This document shows positions 1-8,576 of a DNA stretch of 15,990 bases, piece after piece. This DNA is from Chthonomonadales bacterium (GTDB taxonomy: Bacteria > Armatimonadota > Chthonomonadetes > Chthonomonadales > CAJBBX01), in assembly GCA_037443035.1 (NCBI GenBank), contig JBBIPC010000038.1, positions 1 through 15,990 on the forward strand. The letters are read 5' to 3'. The notes under the pieces were generated by a model. It saw nothing but the letters and a program-made list of their open reading frames with translations. It was not told where the DNA came from and searched no databases. Both the position numbers and the translations under genes were made by a program. Every line of letters begins with the position of its first letter. The first letter of the stretch is position 1.

Positions 1-75
1 AGCGGCGGCTACACGCTGCGCGTCCTTGGGTGCGAAGGGAATGTCCTGATGCGTTACGGCCGAAGGCCGTGTAGC

Positions 76-92
76 CGCAGGTTCTTCCTGCG
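76..92 (-). terminator. Short hairpin immediately after the amidase stop
   Basis: CGCAGG-aagaa-CCTGCG on the minus strand, followed by a second hairpin ACGGCC-ttc-GGCCGT (56-70). No U-tract. Confidence 0.35.
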
Positions 93-93
93 C

Positions 94-651
94 TCAACCA
101 GCGGATCGGCACAGGCGACGGAAGGCGCGGAGGTCGAAATCGGGCGGGTCCTCTTTCCGGCCCTTGGGACGTGCGACATCGAGATGGCGCACGATGCGGT
201 GGTCTGGGATCTCCGCTATCTGCCGCAGGAGCCGGACAATGTCCGCCGCAGCGCGGAGCTGCGCCGCGGGGTAGGGGTCCTTGCCGTCAGCGCGGTTCAC
301 CAGCTCGATGCCCACGCTGTAGTCGTTGACATGGGGAACGCCGTTGAGTGCCGATCGGCCGGCATGCCACGCGCGCATACCAACAGGCACCATCTGGACG
401 ACGAATCCATCCCGGTCCACCACGAAGTGCGCCGACACCTTCATGACTGGGGACAGGAAACACCCGACCGTGTCCTGAAGCGTATCAATCTCCGTGGCAT
501 GGACGACAACGGCCGTTATGGGCGTGCCGAGTGGTCGCGCGTCGTAGTTCGGCGAAGGCACGAACACCCACCGTGCAATGTCAGATGGCTGCGGCGCGTG
601 GGCGACCGTGCCCCATAGCATGAGTCCCATTCGGACAAGGGATAGACGCAC
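94..651 (-). CDS. N-acetylmuramoyl-L-alanine amidase (Amidase_2 / AmpD-like), possibly exported
   Basis: Motifs SPNYDAR, VVVHAT, VSAHFVVDRDG, RAWHAG, SVGIEL, IVRH-DVA and RKEDP (Zn-ligand H/H/D pattern). Start uncertain: GTG 651 or ATG 630. The ORF-track extension to 828 looks non-coding. Confidence 0.9.
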   Translation of the reverse strand: MRLSLVRMGLMLWGTVAHAPQPSDIARWVFVPSPNYDARPLGTPITAVVVHATEIDTLQDTVGCFLSPVMKVSAHFVVDRDGFVVQMVPVGMRAWHAGRSALNGVPHVNDYSVGIELVNRADGKDPYPAAQLRAAADIVRLLRQIAEIPDHRIVRHLDVARPKGRKEDPPDFDLRAFRRLCRSAG

Positions 652-843
652 GGTGCGCCAGCGGCGCAACCTGTCTTGACGTGTGTGCCGACCCTCGGGG
701 CTAGGCAACGACGGCCTCCAGAGATGTGTGCCGGAATGTTCTGCCGTGGTAGGGTACAGCCGCCGGCATGGAAGCGATCTCGAATAGCCAGAGGCGTGGC
801 ACCACCTGTCCGAGTCGCTGGGAGGCACGGGAGCCGATTGGCT

Positions 844-2790
844 CTACGGGACTACGAGCGGTATGTTCACCGTCTCCGTGCGCCCATCCAGTACTATCGT
901 GACCTCCAGCGGATCCCTCGCCGGCGTAATGGCAAGGGTGAAAGAGCCATCCTCGCCAGCGACGGCCTGTGTCTCCCCGATGCGAAGTACAGCGCCAGGA
1001 GGAGCGAACCCGGACAGTTCCGCATCGCCACCGACCTTGGTGGCCAAGATTGCCGTGGGCAGCGGTCGGCCAAGCGATTCGATGGCGCGAGCGACGCTGT
1101 TTCGGACGGAGAAAAGAACGGCCGGATTGCGGCTGTAGTCCTGGAACGTCGGCGCCAGAGCCGCTGCGAACCTGAGCACGAATGCTCTTGGATCGAGATC
1201 CTTGGCTCCCGTAGCACGGGCCGCCTTGCGCACGGCATCTTCGAGCAGGCACAGGTACTCGTAATCCTCGATGCCCTCGCGCATGGCCTCGTAGCGAATG
1301 CTGGAACGAGGCGACTTCGTGCCAGGCCAGACAATCCAGTTATCGCCGGGCGCGAACTGATCGAACCGAACATCCCAGAAGTTCCATCCCCAGTGGAGGT
1401 ACCCCGTGGTGCCGCTGGTGTAGTTGATCCAGTGCAGCATGCGCGTCTTGATCAGAGGGAAGTCCATGAGCCGATTGGGATAGCGCCCCTGGGGCACCCA
1501 GGCGGTGTAGTACCAGAGCTCGGCACCCTTCTGCTGGGCGGCCTTGAACTTGGGAAGCCATTGCTCGAGATAGTTCAACTGGGGGACCCAGACTTCCAGA
1601 GCACCTGCGAGGTCCGGCACGTGGACCGCGTCAATACGACGCAGTTGAGGAGCGGCCCGGCGCACGCGATTGGATAGCTCCTTCCATGACTGGAGGTTGA
1701 CTTCGATGGGCTCATCGGCCACGTGGATCATGCAGCGCTCGAGCCAGCCCATGTCCTCGAGATGGGCCTGCAAGAGCGGTAGCCACTCCTCGATACTCAA
1801 CTTCGCCCCCTCCGGGCTTTCGCACGCCATCTCGGAGGCCACGAACGTCTTGTCTTCCCATTGCCCATGTTCGCGGCCACCGACGTGAGCTATCTCGATG
1901 CGTTTGAACCCTCGGGAGAGGAAGATCCGAACCCAGCGGTCGAAACGCTCGAAGTCGAGCTCCGGCTTGCCGGACGCGGTCTTTCGGGCGCGGATCAGCG
2001 TCCATGGCGTCAGAATGACGTTCTGATGGTGGGCCTGCATGATCGCCGCGACCCTGTCGATGAGGTCCCACCACGCCTGGCTGTAGATGGGCGCTTGCTG
2101 ATGTCGCTCGAGGGCGCCGAGATCCACCCAGACGGTGACAAACAGTCGTGTGGCTGATGGGAGTGCGAAGTCATAGACCGTGAGGCTGACAGGGACCTGC
2201 AGTTCGTCGTTGTCCACGACGCCTCTGACCATTCCAACGTACGTTCCAGGCCGGGCGTTGGCTGGCACGCGGAACTGCACCCAGATGGGCTGGTTCATGT
2301 TAGCAGGCACAGTGATCTCGCGTGCCTCGCTGAAGGCATCCGGGAAGTCTGCCGGTGCTGTGCGTGCGAGCTCCTGCGTCGGGGTGAGCGTGGAGTTCTT
2401 CTCGACGTGGAAGTACTCGATGAATGCCCAGGAGAAGTTCTCACCGCGAATGGTGGCTGTTCCGTCTTCGGAGCGGATCCCGTCGCAGCGAAGCTGCCCC
2501 ACACGCACCGGCACGGTGCCAGCCCGAATGACGATCTGGCCGCCCACCGTCTGATTCCGTGCCGCGAAGAGCTTCAGTGTGCCCACGTCGCCAGTTGGCA
2601 TGGCCGTATCGCGGAACACATTGTGCAGGGCATGGGTACACCAGAAGATGGCGTCTTCCGGGTTAGAGGTCGGCTTCTGAGACTGAGGTTGTTGGGACAT
2701 GGTTGGCTCCATGGCGTGGCATGGGAATGCACGATCCCCCGGTAGGAAGGTTGCCAGAAGTATGATGACCAGAAGATGGCGTACGCACAT
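844..2790 (-). CDS. DUF4091-domain glycoside hydrolase, GH123-like, with signal peptide
   Basis: HVADEP (adjacent D-E pair), LWYY, GYLHWG and PGD..WPG...SSIRYEAMREGIEDYEYL (DUF4091 signature). Hydrophobic N-terminus. ATG 2790 follows a GGAGAG SD at 2797-2802. Confidence 0.8.
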   Translation of the reverse strand: MCVRHLLVIILLATFLPGDRAFPCHAMEPTMSQQPQSQKPTSNPEDAIFWCTHALHNVFRDTAMPTGDVGTLKLFAARNQTVGGQIVIRAGTVPVRVGQLRCDGIRSEDGTATIRGENFSWAFIEYFHVEKNSTLTPTQELARTAPADFPDAFSEAREITVPANMNQPIWVQFRVPANARPGTYVGMVRGVVDNDELQVPVSLTVYDFALPSATRLFVTVWVDLGALERHQQAPIYSQAWWDLIDRVAAIMQAHHQNVILTPWTLIRARKTASGKPELDFERFDRWVRIFLSRGFKRIEIAHVGGREHGQWEDKTFVASEMACESPEGAKLSIEEWLPLLQAHLEDMGWLERCMIHVADEPIEVNLQSWKELSNRVRRAAPQLRRIDAVHVPDLAGALEVWVPQLNYLEQWLPKFKAAQQKGAELWYYTAWVPQGRYPNRLMDFPLIKTRMLHWINYTSGTTGYLHWGWNFWDVRFDQFAPGDNWIVWPGTKSPRSSIRYEAMREGIEDYEYLCLLEDAVRKAARATGAKDLDPRAFVLRFAAALAPTFQDYSRNPAVLFSVRNSVARAIESLGRPLPTAILATKVGGDAELSGFAPPGAVLRIGETQAVAGEDGSFTLAITPARDPLEVTIVLDGRTETVNIPLVVP

Positions 2791-2864
2791 AGGAAACTCT
2801 CCGTGCACGAACGGCGCTTGTCACGCGTAGGTTTCGCTGGCGGCCATCTAGTCTCCTGCAGACC

Positions 2865-4226
2865 CTAGTGACCTGGTCCATGCCGAACGCGATTCCAGTA
2901 GACCTCGTAGCGGAACGCAGGGCTATGGTCGGCTGTATGGCACCCCTTGCAGACTTCGGGACCCGAGCGCGAGGGACGAGGCGCGCTGGCAGACTTGGCG
3001 TGCTGAGCTGCAGGTCCATGACAGCTCTCGCAGCCGACACTCTCCAGATGCCGGTCCCCAGGCCGGTAGCCTCCTGCATAGGCCATGCCCGTGACGTGGC
3101 ACGGCACGCACTCGGGGTCGCGGTCCTCGTGCGCCTGCCTGAGGACGTGCATGGCGCGCGAATGAGACGACTTGCGCCATACAGCAAAGGCATGGGCGTG
3201 GCATGGCACGCAGGCTTCGCTGCCCGCGTAGGTCGCGCCTGTGGGAAGCGGGACGCGTGGCAGCCGCCCGAGCAGGTTCTCCTTGGCGACCTGGTCCAGG
3301 TACGCGCGCCGGATCTGCTGAACAGCCGCGTCCGAGCCGAGACCTTCCGACAAGGGCGCGTAGCGTAGCAAGCGCGGCGACGCTCCCTTGCCATCTCTCC
3401 TGCCTAGGTCGGCCAGGCCAAGGTACTTGCCACGGTTGCCCGCGTACACGAGCAGGGCACCACCGGCCCTGATGGGCGGCTCCGGCACGTCCGGGCCATG
3501 GGCGTAGAGGATGATATGCACGCCAGCGACACGCCGTGCGAGCTTTGATGCTTCCTGCAGCCGCCCGTGGAAAAGAAGGACGCGAACGTGCGCAGCCGGT
3601 GTCTGGCGGACCACGTTCGACACTGCACGGGCCGGCTCGGTGACCGTGAACTCGCCGGTCGGAACAGCCGCCTCCTCGATGGCCGCCGGCGTCAAGAGAC
3701 TTGTGATGGCCACCGTGAGACGGCGACCGGTCGTTCCTCTCTGGACCGTCACATGGGACCGGAACAGGGGGTTTCCCGCAGCATCGGCGATGTTCGCAGA
3801 GACGAACGGCACACGGGATGCCGTGGCCAGACTCATGAGCCGCTCCAACCCTAGCCCTAGTTCCTTCTCTCCAACGCCGATGGCATCGTAGCGGAGAGAT
3901 CCCAGCATCCTCAGCAGTGCACGCGCCTTGAGCTCGTCCTGCCTGCCATCTCCGCCGACGAAGTCTCCGCCTTCGACAGCCACGACCTGCCAGGAAGTCC
4001 GTAGCTTGGTCAGGCAAGCTCCGCGGCGGTCCATGCCGCCAAGCATGGGTTTGGTGCAGCCGCACGGAACAAGATAACCCCTGGCGTCACCCGAGAAGCA
4101 CAAGAGAACGCCTTTGTGTCGGGCCTGCGATGCAAGGGCGAGAGCTGCTCCCGCGAGTACCAACGCGGGGCCGAGGCAAAGCCAGCCAGCCGACGGTTGT
4201 GGACGACACCGCGTCCGTTTTCTCAT
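2865..4226 (-). CDS. Multiheme (4x CxxCH) c554-type cytochrome c fused to an N-terminal UshA/5'-nucleotidase-like domain
   Basis: CVPCH (3198-3212), CVPCH (3096-3110), CESCHGP (3018-3032) and CKGCH (2937-2951). N-domain motifs FSGDARGYLVPCGC..GG, EGGD, YDAIGVGEKE, PFVSANI and GKYLG. N-terminal signal peptide. Confidence 0.88.
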   Translation of the reverse strand: MRKRTRCRPQPSAGWLCLGPALVLAGAALALASQARHKGVLLCFSGDARGYLVPCGCTKPMLGGMDRRGACLTKLRTSWQVVAVEGGDFVGGDGRQDELKARALLRMLGSLRYDAIGVGEKELGLGLERLMSLATASRVPFVSANIADAAGNPLFRSHVTVQRGTTGRRLTVAITSLLTPAAIEEAAVPTGEFTVTEPARAVSNVVRQTPAAHVRVLLFHGRLQEASKLARRVAGVHIILYAHGPDVPEPPIRAGGALLVYAGNRGKYLGLADLGRRDGKGASPRLLRYAPLSEGLGSDAAVQQIRRAYLDQVAKENLLGRLPRVPLPTGATYAGSEACVPCHAHAFAVWRKSSHSRAMHVLRQAHEDRDPECVPCHVTGMAYAGGYRPGDRHLESVGCESCHGPAAQHAKSASAPRPSRSGPEVCKGCHTADHSPAFRYEVYWNRVRHGPGH

Positions 4227-5266
4227 AACCCGTCTACGGAGCCGCCGACACGGGCCAGCACGGGGATGACGATACGTGGCTGCCGCTTGTCATCCGTTTC
4301 CACGATGAGCGCCTGACGCACCATTCCCTCCGGCCACCCACCCTTGTACCGAACCGTGATGCGCCAACCTATCGTGCCCTGGAGCCGCACCAACTCCGGT
4401 GCCAGGTTGGGGTCCGTGCACGTGACCCGCAGGACGCGGAAATCGCCAGTGTGGCGCCTTAGAGTCACGAAACGGGTGACAGGTTCCTTGGGTTTGGTCG
4501 GCAGCGTACCCATGTAGAGGCTCGACGGGCTTACGACGATGCCTTTCTCGCACCGGATGAGGATGCGCAGCTCCGGTTGCAGCGTAGAAGTCGTGCGAAG
4601 GATGACTCGCGCGGGGACTGCTCCGTAGGGCATATTGGGCCCCACGGTGATCTTCAGGGAATATGTTCGCCTTCCGTCGGTCGTGGCAAGCGGCTCCAAG
4701 CGAGGCTGAACGGCGGGTACGGTGCTCACCACTTCGCGTATCTCCGCAGTCTCGTCTTTCTGAAATCGGACGGTGAGCGTCGTTTCCGTCGGTCCGTCAG
4801 CGTTCAGGGGCAGAGGGAAGTTATCGGATGGCTCCACGTCGGCGATAGAGACGATCGTTGCCAGCATGTAGAGTCCTGCGGCGGGATGTTTCGGGTCGTT
4901 CGTCCGCACAGAGAGCGTCTTGGTAACAGTGCCGGAGAGCTCCTCCGTCCTAAGGTCGGCAACGATACGCCCCTGGCCGCCAGGAGGTATGACGGGATCG
5001 AAGGTGGCTACGGTGCAGTCGCACGTGGGCTTCACCTGCAGGGTAAGGGGGGCGTTGCCTTTGTTGCGAATGACGAACTCGTACCGGGCCGTCTTGCCCT
5101 TCGTGATCCGGCCGGCGTCCACTTCCTGCCGGGCCGGAGCGTAGATGGGCGCTGGTTTCGCGGCCGCAGTCGCGGCTTTCCGCTGGCTTGTCGTCTTCGT
5201 CTGAGCACCTGCACCTAAGGCCATCAGCGTGAGCGAACCGACCATGAGGGCCATCCAACGTCTCAT
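4223..5266 (-). CDS. DUF1573-domain secreted protein (tandem Ig-like beta-sandwich domains)
   Basis: Signal peptide [21 protein letters not shown], then DAG.I..G....YEF.IRNKGNAPL....VKPTCDCT......IPPGG.G.I and K...VRTNDP. ATG 5266 overlaps the upstream TGA (ATGA). Confidence 0.85.
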   Translation of the reverse strand: MRRWMALMVGSLTLMALGAGAQTKTTSQRKAATAAAKPAPIYAPARQEVDAGRITKGKTARYEFVIRNKGNAPLTLQVKPTCDCTVATFDPVIPPGGQGRIVADLRTEELSGTVTKTLSVRTNDPKHPAAGLYMLATIVSIADVEPSDNFPLPLNADGPTETTLTVRFQKDETAEIREVVSTVPAVQPRLEPLATTDGRRTYSLKITVGPNMPYGAVPARVILRTTSTLQPELRILIRCEKGIVVSPSSLYMGTLPTKPKEPVTRFVTLRRHTGDFRVLRVTCTDPNLAPELVRLQGTIGWRITVRYKGGWPEGMVRQALIVETDDKRQPRIVIPVLARVGGSVDGL

Positions 5267-6342
5267 GAGAGCCTCGTTTCCCAAGCCGTCTCGAACATGG
5301 CGATGGCGTTTTCCAGCTTCACATCCCAGTGGAGTTCCGTAGTGGATCCCATCATGTAGCCTCTTCCGCCTGTGTCTCGGATGGCCTGCCGACAGACCTC
5401 GCGGACCTCGTCCGGAGTGCCGTAGGTCAGCAACTGACTAACGTCAATGCCGCCTGTGAGCACCAGATCGGGATACCGTTGTCGCACGGCTGCTGGTGTC
5501 ATGCCTGCCAGCACCTCCAGGGGATTCAGCCCGTCAATGCCTGCGCCGATAAGGTCATCGAGGACCGCGAACAGGTTGCCGTCGGAATGGAATACGCACA
5601 GGGTGTCATGCTCGTGCCATGTATCGTTCAGCAGCTTCAATCGAGGCATGAAAACGCGCCGAAGCCAGGCCGGCGAGAAGAGGGGGCCGTTCTTGTACGC
5701 TATATCGTCGGCCGTGAGGGCTAGGGGGATCAGCTCGGGGTCAGCGATGCACTCGATCCTCCGCACTTCGGCCTGCGTCAGCGCCTCCAACCATTCTTCT
5801 ACCAGGCCTGGGTCATCGGCGAGCAGGTAGGAGAAGAGCTCGTGACCTGCGCTGTGGTACATGTGCGTTAGACCTGGCAGGCTCTCGACGATGAGGACCG
5901 TCGGGTCGCCGTTAGGATCTCCTTCCGCGAAGCATGCTAGTCGTTCCCGTACGTGATCGTGGAACGCTTGCCGATGGGCGTCATTGTAGTTCGTCTGATC
6001 GGCGCGGAGAATGTCCGTCTTGACCCACCGCTTCAGCCCCTCCACATCGTCGAATGGCCTCTGCACGATCCATCCTGTCCACCGTTCTTGCTGCCATATC
6101 CAGCCATCTCCGTTGTCAATGCGCTGGGGATTCTCGATGGGACCGCCGGCCATGCGGGTCATGTCGAGGACGCGCCCAACAGCCAGACCAGTCAGTCGAG
6201 CACCATTTCCGGGTGCGAACTTCTGGCCCGAGTAATGCTCGATGATCGCGTCGTTCTGGAGGATATCGTAGAGCGGTACGCGGTCCACTTCTTCGAACCG
6301 CATGGTACGCATGACCCGTTCCCGCTTCGTCAGTTGCGCCAT
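5263..6342 (-). CDS. Uroporphyrinogen decarboxylase (URO-D/MtaA-CmuA) family protein, not canonical HemE
   Basis: LTKRERV...F..VDRVP N-terminus, [44 protein letters not shown] and V.LEN..AM.E. Confidence 0.88.
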   Translation of the reverse strand: MAQLTKRERVMRTMRFEEVDRVPLYDILQNDAIIEHYSGQKFAPGNGARLTGLAVGRVLDMTRMAGGPIENPQRIDNGDGWIWQQERWTGWIVQRPFDDVEGLKRWVKTDILRADQTNYNDAHRQAFHDHVRERLACFAEGDPNGDPTVLIVESLPGLTHMYHSAGHELFSYLLADDPGLVEEWLEALTQAEVRRIECIADPELIPLALTADDIAYKNGPLFSPAWLRRVFMPRLKLLNDTWHEHDTLCVFHSDGNLFAVLDDLIGAGIDGLNPLEVLAGMTPAAVRQRYPDLVLTGGIDVSQLLTYGTPDEVREVCRQAIRDTGGRGYMMGSTTELHWDVKLENAIAMFETAWETRLS

Positions 6343-6482
6343 TGTCGCGGTACCCCTTTCGCGCGGCTGGCCGTGGTGCTGACCGTCAGAGCCGCTCCCT
6401 CACATCGCCAAGTTCTTCGTGCCGCGTCACCGCTCCTGCGGGACAACGGCACGGACCATGCCGCTGGTGCGTATGTTCACCC

Positions 6483-8522
6483 ATGAACCAGCCGTCATCC
6501 AACCGTCTCCTGCATGAGACCAGCCCCTACTTGCGCCAGCACGCCTGGAATCCGGTGGACTGGTACCCATGGAGCGCCGAAGCCTTCGCTGAAGCCCGCG
6601 GGAGGAACTGCCCCATTCTTCTGTCCGTGGGCTACTCAGCATGCCATTGGTGCCACGTCATGGAGCAGGAGAGTTTCAGCGATCCCTCCACTGCTGCGTT
6701 GATGAACCGCCATTTCGTGTGCGTGAAAGTGGACCGTGAAGAGAGACCCGACGTGGATGCGCTCTACATGACCGCGGTCCAGGTCATGACGGGGCGTGGG
6801 GGCTGGCCCATGACCGTGTTCTTGACGCCGGATGGGCATCCGTTCTACGCCGGTACGTACTTCCCACCCGAAGACCGGTACGGCCTCCCTGCGTTCGTGC
6901 GCGTCCTGGAAGCGGTGGCGGAAGCATGGGCGAGGCGGCGACATGACATCGCAGCTCAGGCTCAGGCGATCGCCGAGGACATTGCCCGTTCCGCGAGACC
7001 CAGCGTGCCGACGGTGGAACCAGATGTGAACACGCTTCGGCACGCTGTCGAGGAGTTGGCCAGACACTACGACGGGAAGCACGGAGGTTTCGGCGGAGCT
7101 CCCAAGTTCCCGCAACCCATGATCCTCGACTTCCTGTTGCGCCAAGACACTGATGCGGCGCGTCGGATGGCCGTGAAGACGCTGGGGAGCATGGCACGGG
7201 GAGGCGTTTTCGACCAGCTGGGCGGCGGGTTCCACCGGTATGCTACCGACGCCGAGTGGCTGGTGCCTCATTTCGAGAAGATGCTCTATGACAACGCCCA
7301 GCTCGCATCGGTCTACTTGCGCGCCTGGATCGCGACGGGTGACGACGATCTGCGTCTCGTTGCCGAGCGGACGCTGGCCTATCTTCAGCAGGACATGAGG
7401 ACCCCATGCGGTGGCTTCGCCTCCTCGGAAGATGCCGACAGCGAGGGGGCAGAAGGGCTTTTCTACACCTGGACGCCCGACGAAGTCATCGAAGCACTGG
7501 GAAGCGAGTCGGGCGTGCAGGCCGCGCGAAGATTCGGTGTGACCGAAACCGGCCATGTAGACGGACGCAGTGTGCTGCACGTGGCCGATGGGGGCACGCG
7601 GCTGCCGCGACCAGACGACGTACACGTACACGTCATGATCCAGCGGCGCTCGCAGCGGAGGCGTCCCGAGCGCGACAGCAAGATCCTGGTAGGTTGGAAT
7701 GCCATGGCCATTGCCGCGTTCGCCGAAGCGGCCATGCTCACAGGGGACGACGAGTACCTGCAAACAGCTCGGGAGACCGCCAACCTCCTTCTCGAGCGGT
7801 TCACGTACCGTGACGCTGACGGGAAGCTGAGGGTCTACCATGCAGGCATGGACTCAGGGACGGAGAGCGAGGCACGGACCTCCGTTACTCTCTCGCCCGT
7901 GCCCGGGTTCCTGGAAGACTATGCGCTCTTCGCCGATGCTCTCATCACGCTCTATTCGGCTGCTGGCGAGCCAGCCTACCTTAGTGCCGCCGCCGCGCTC
8001 GCCGATACCATGCTCGAAGTCTTTCGAATCGATGGTGGACTGCTGCAAGAGGTGCCTGCCGATGGCGAGCAGCTCTTCGCTCCTGTCGTTTCCATGGAGG
8101 ACAACGCCATCCCCTCGGGCAATGCGGTAGCGGTGGAGGTATGCCTCGCGCTCGGTGCTCTGCCGGTACGCGCCCACGAGAAGTTCGGCGCATGGGCGAC
8201 ACGAGCTGTTCACAGCATGGCTGCCTTGGTCGAGCGCCACCCCCTGGCCTTCGGCCGATGGTTGTGCGCCGTGGATCTCTACCTCCGTGGCGTGACCACG
8301 ATTGTCATAACCGGCGACGCGACCCAGGCGGCCCATCAGGAGCTCGTCCGTTGCGTCCGATGCTCCTACCGTCCGGACATGGTGATTCTCACAGGCACCG
8401 CTGCCGCAGAGGCCGGTTACGTCTCCGAGAGACCCGCCGCGTATGTCTGTCGGCGTGGAACGTGCCTGCCGCCCGTCATGGATCCTGACGAACTCGTCGT
8501 CGTGCTCAGGCGTACGGCATGA
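6483..8522 (+). CDS. yyaL: Thioredoxin-domain (DUF255) + six-hairpin glycosidase-like protein, YyaL/SPATA20 family
   Basis: [91 protein letters not shown] and AYVC..GTC..P. ATG 6483 matches the family N-terminus. Confidence 0.95.
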   Translation: MNQPSSNRLLHETSPYLRQHAWNPVDWYPWSAEAFAEARGRNCPILLSVGYSACHWCHVMEQESFSDPSTAALMNRHFVCVKVDREERPDVDALYMTAVQVMTGRGGWPMTVFLTPDGHPFYAGTYFPPEDRYGLPAFVRVLEAVAEAWARRRHDIAAQAQAIAEDIARSARPSVPTVEPDVNTLRHAVEELARHYDGKHGGFGGAPKFPQPMILDFLLRQDTDAARRMAVKTLGSMARGGVFDQLGGGFHRYATDAEWLVPHFEKMLYDNAQLASVYLRAWIATGDDDLRLVAERTLAYLQQDMRTPCGGFASSEDADSEGAEGLFYTWTPDEVIEALGSESGVQAARRFGVTETGHVDGRSVLHVADGGTRLPRPDDVHVHVMIQRRSQRRRPERDSKILVGWNAMAIAAFAEAAMLTGDDEYLQTARETANLLLERFTYRDADGKLRVYHAGMDSGTESEARTSVTLSPVPGFLEDYALFADALITLYSAAGEPAYLSAAAALADTMLEVFRIDGGLLQEVPADGEQLFAPVVSMEDNAIPSGNAVAVEVCLALGALPVRAHEKFGAWATRAVHSMAALVERHPLAFGRWLCAVDLYLRGVTTIVITGDATQAAHQELVRCVRCSYRPDMVILTGTAAAEAGYVSERPAAYVCRRGTCLPPVMDPDELVVVLRRTA

Positions 8523-8576
8523 TCGCAAGCTGACCTGAAGATTCTCGGTGCTGGCCTTTGGGCGTCTGACTGGATG

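Noticed and set aside
22..70. Hammerhead-like words (GUC...CUGAUG...CGAA)
   Set aside because: The core reads CUGAUGC and GAAG rather than CUGAUGA and GAAA, and stems II/III do not form in the required register.
1..96. Open frame continuing past the amidase TGA (read-through)
   Set aside because: The amidase domain is already complete, the context is not a redox motif, and short open frames are expected at this GC content.
49..3368. Long plus-strand ORFs (49-618, 676-1677, 2868-3368)
   Set aside because: They are antisense shadows of well-supported minus-strand genes and show no family motifs.
4056..5023. Selenocysteine at the CxC motifs
   Set aside because: All codons are TGC, with no in-frame TGA in either gene.
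5263..6342. Calling the gene hemE supplying heme for the cytochrome
   Set aside because: It lacks the HemE RQAGR motif and belongs to the broader URO-D-like group.
6636..8528. Long minus-strand ORFs opposite yyaL
   Set aside because: Antisense shadows typical of high-GC codon usage.
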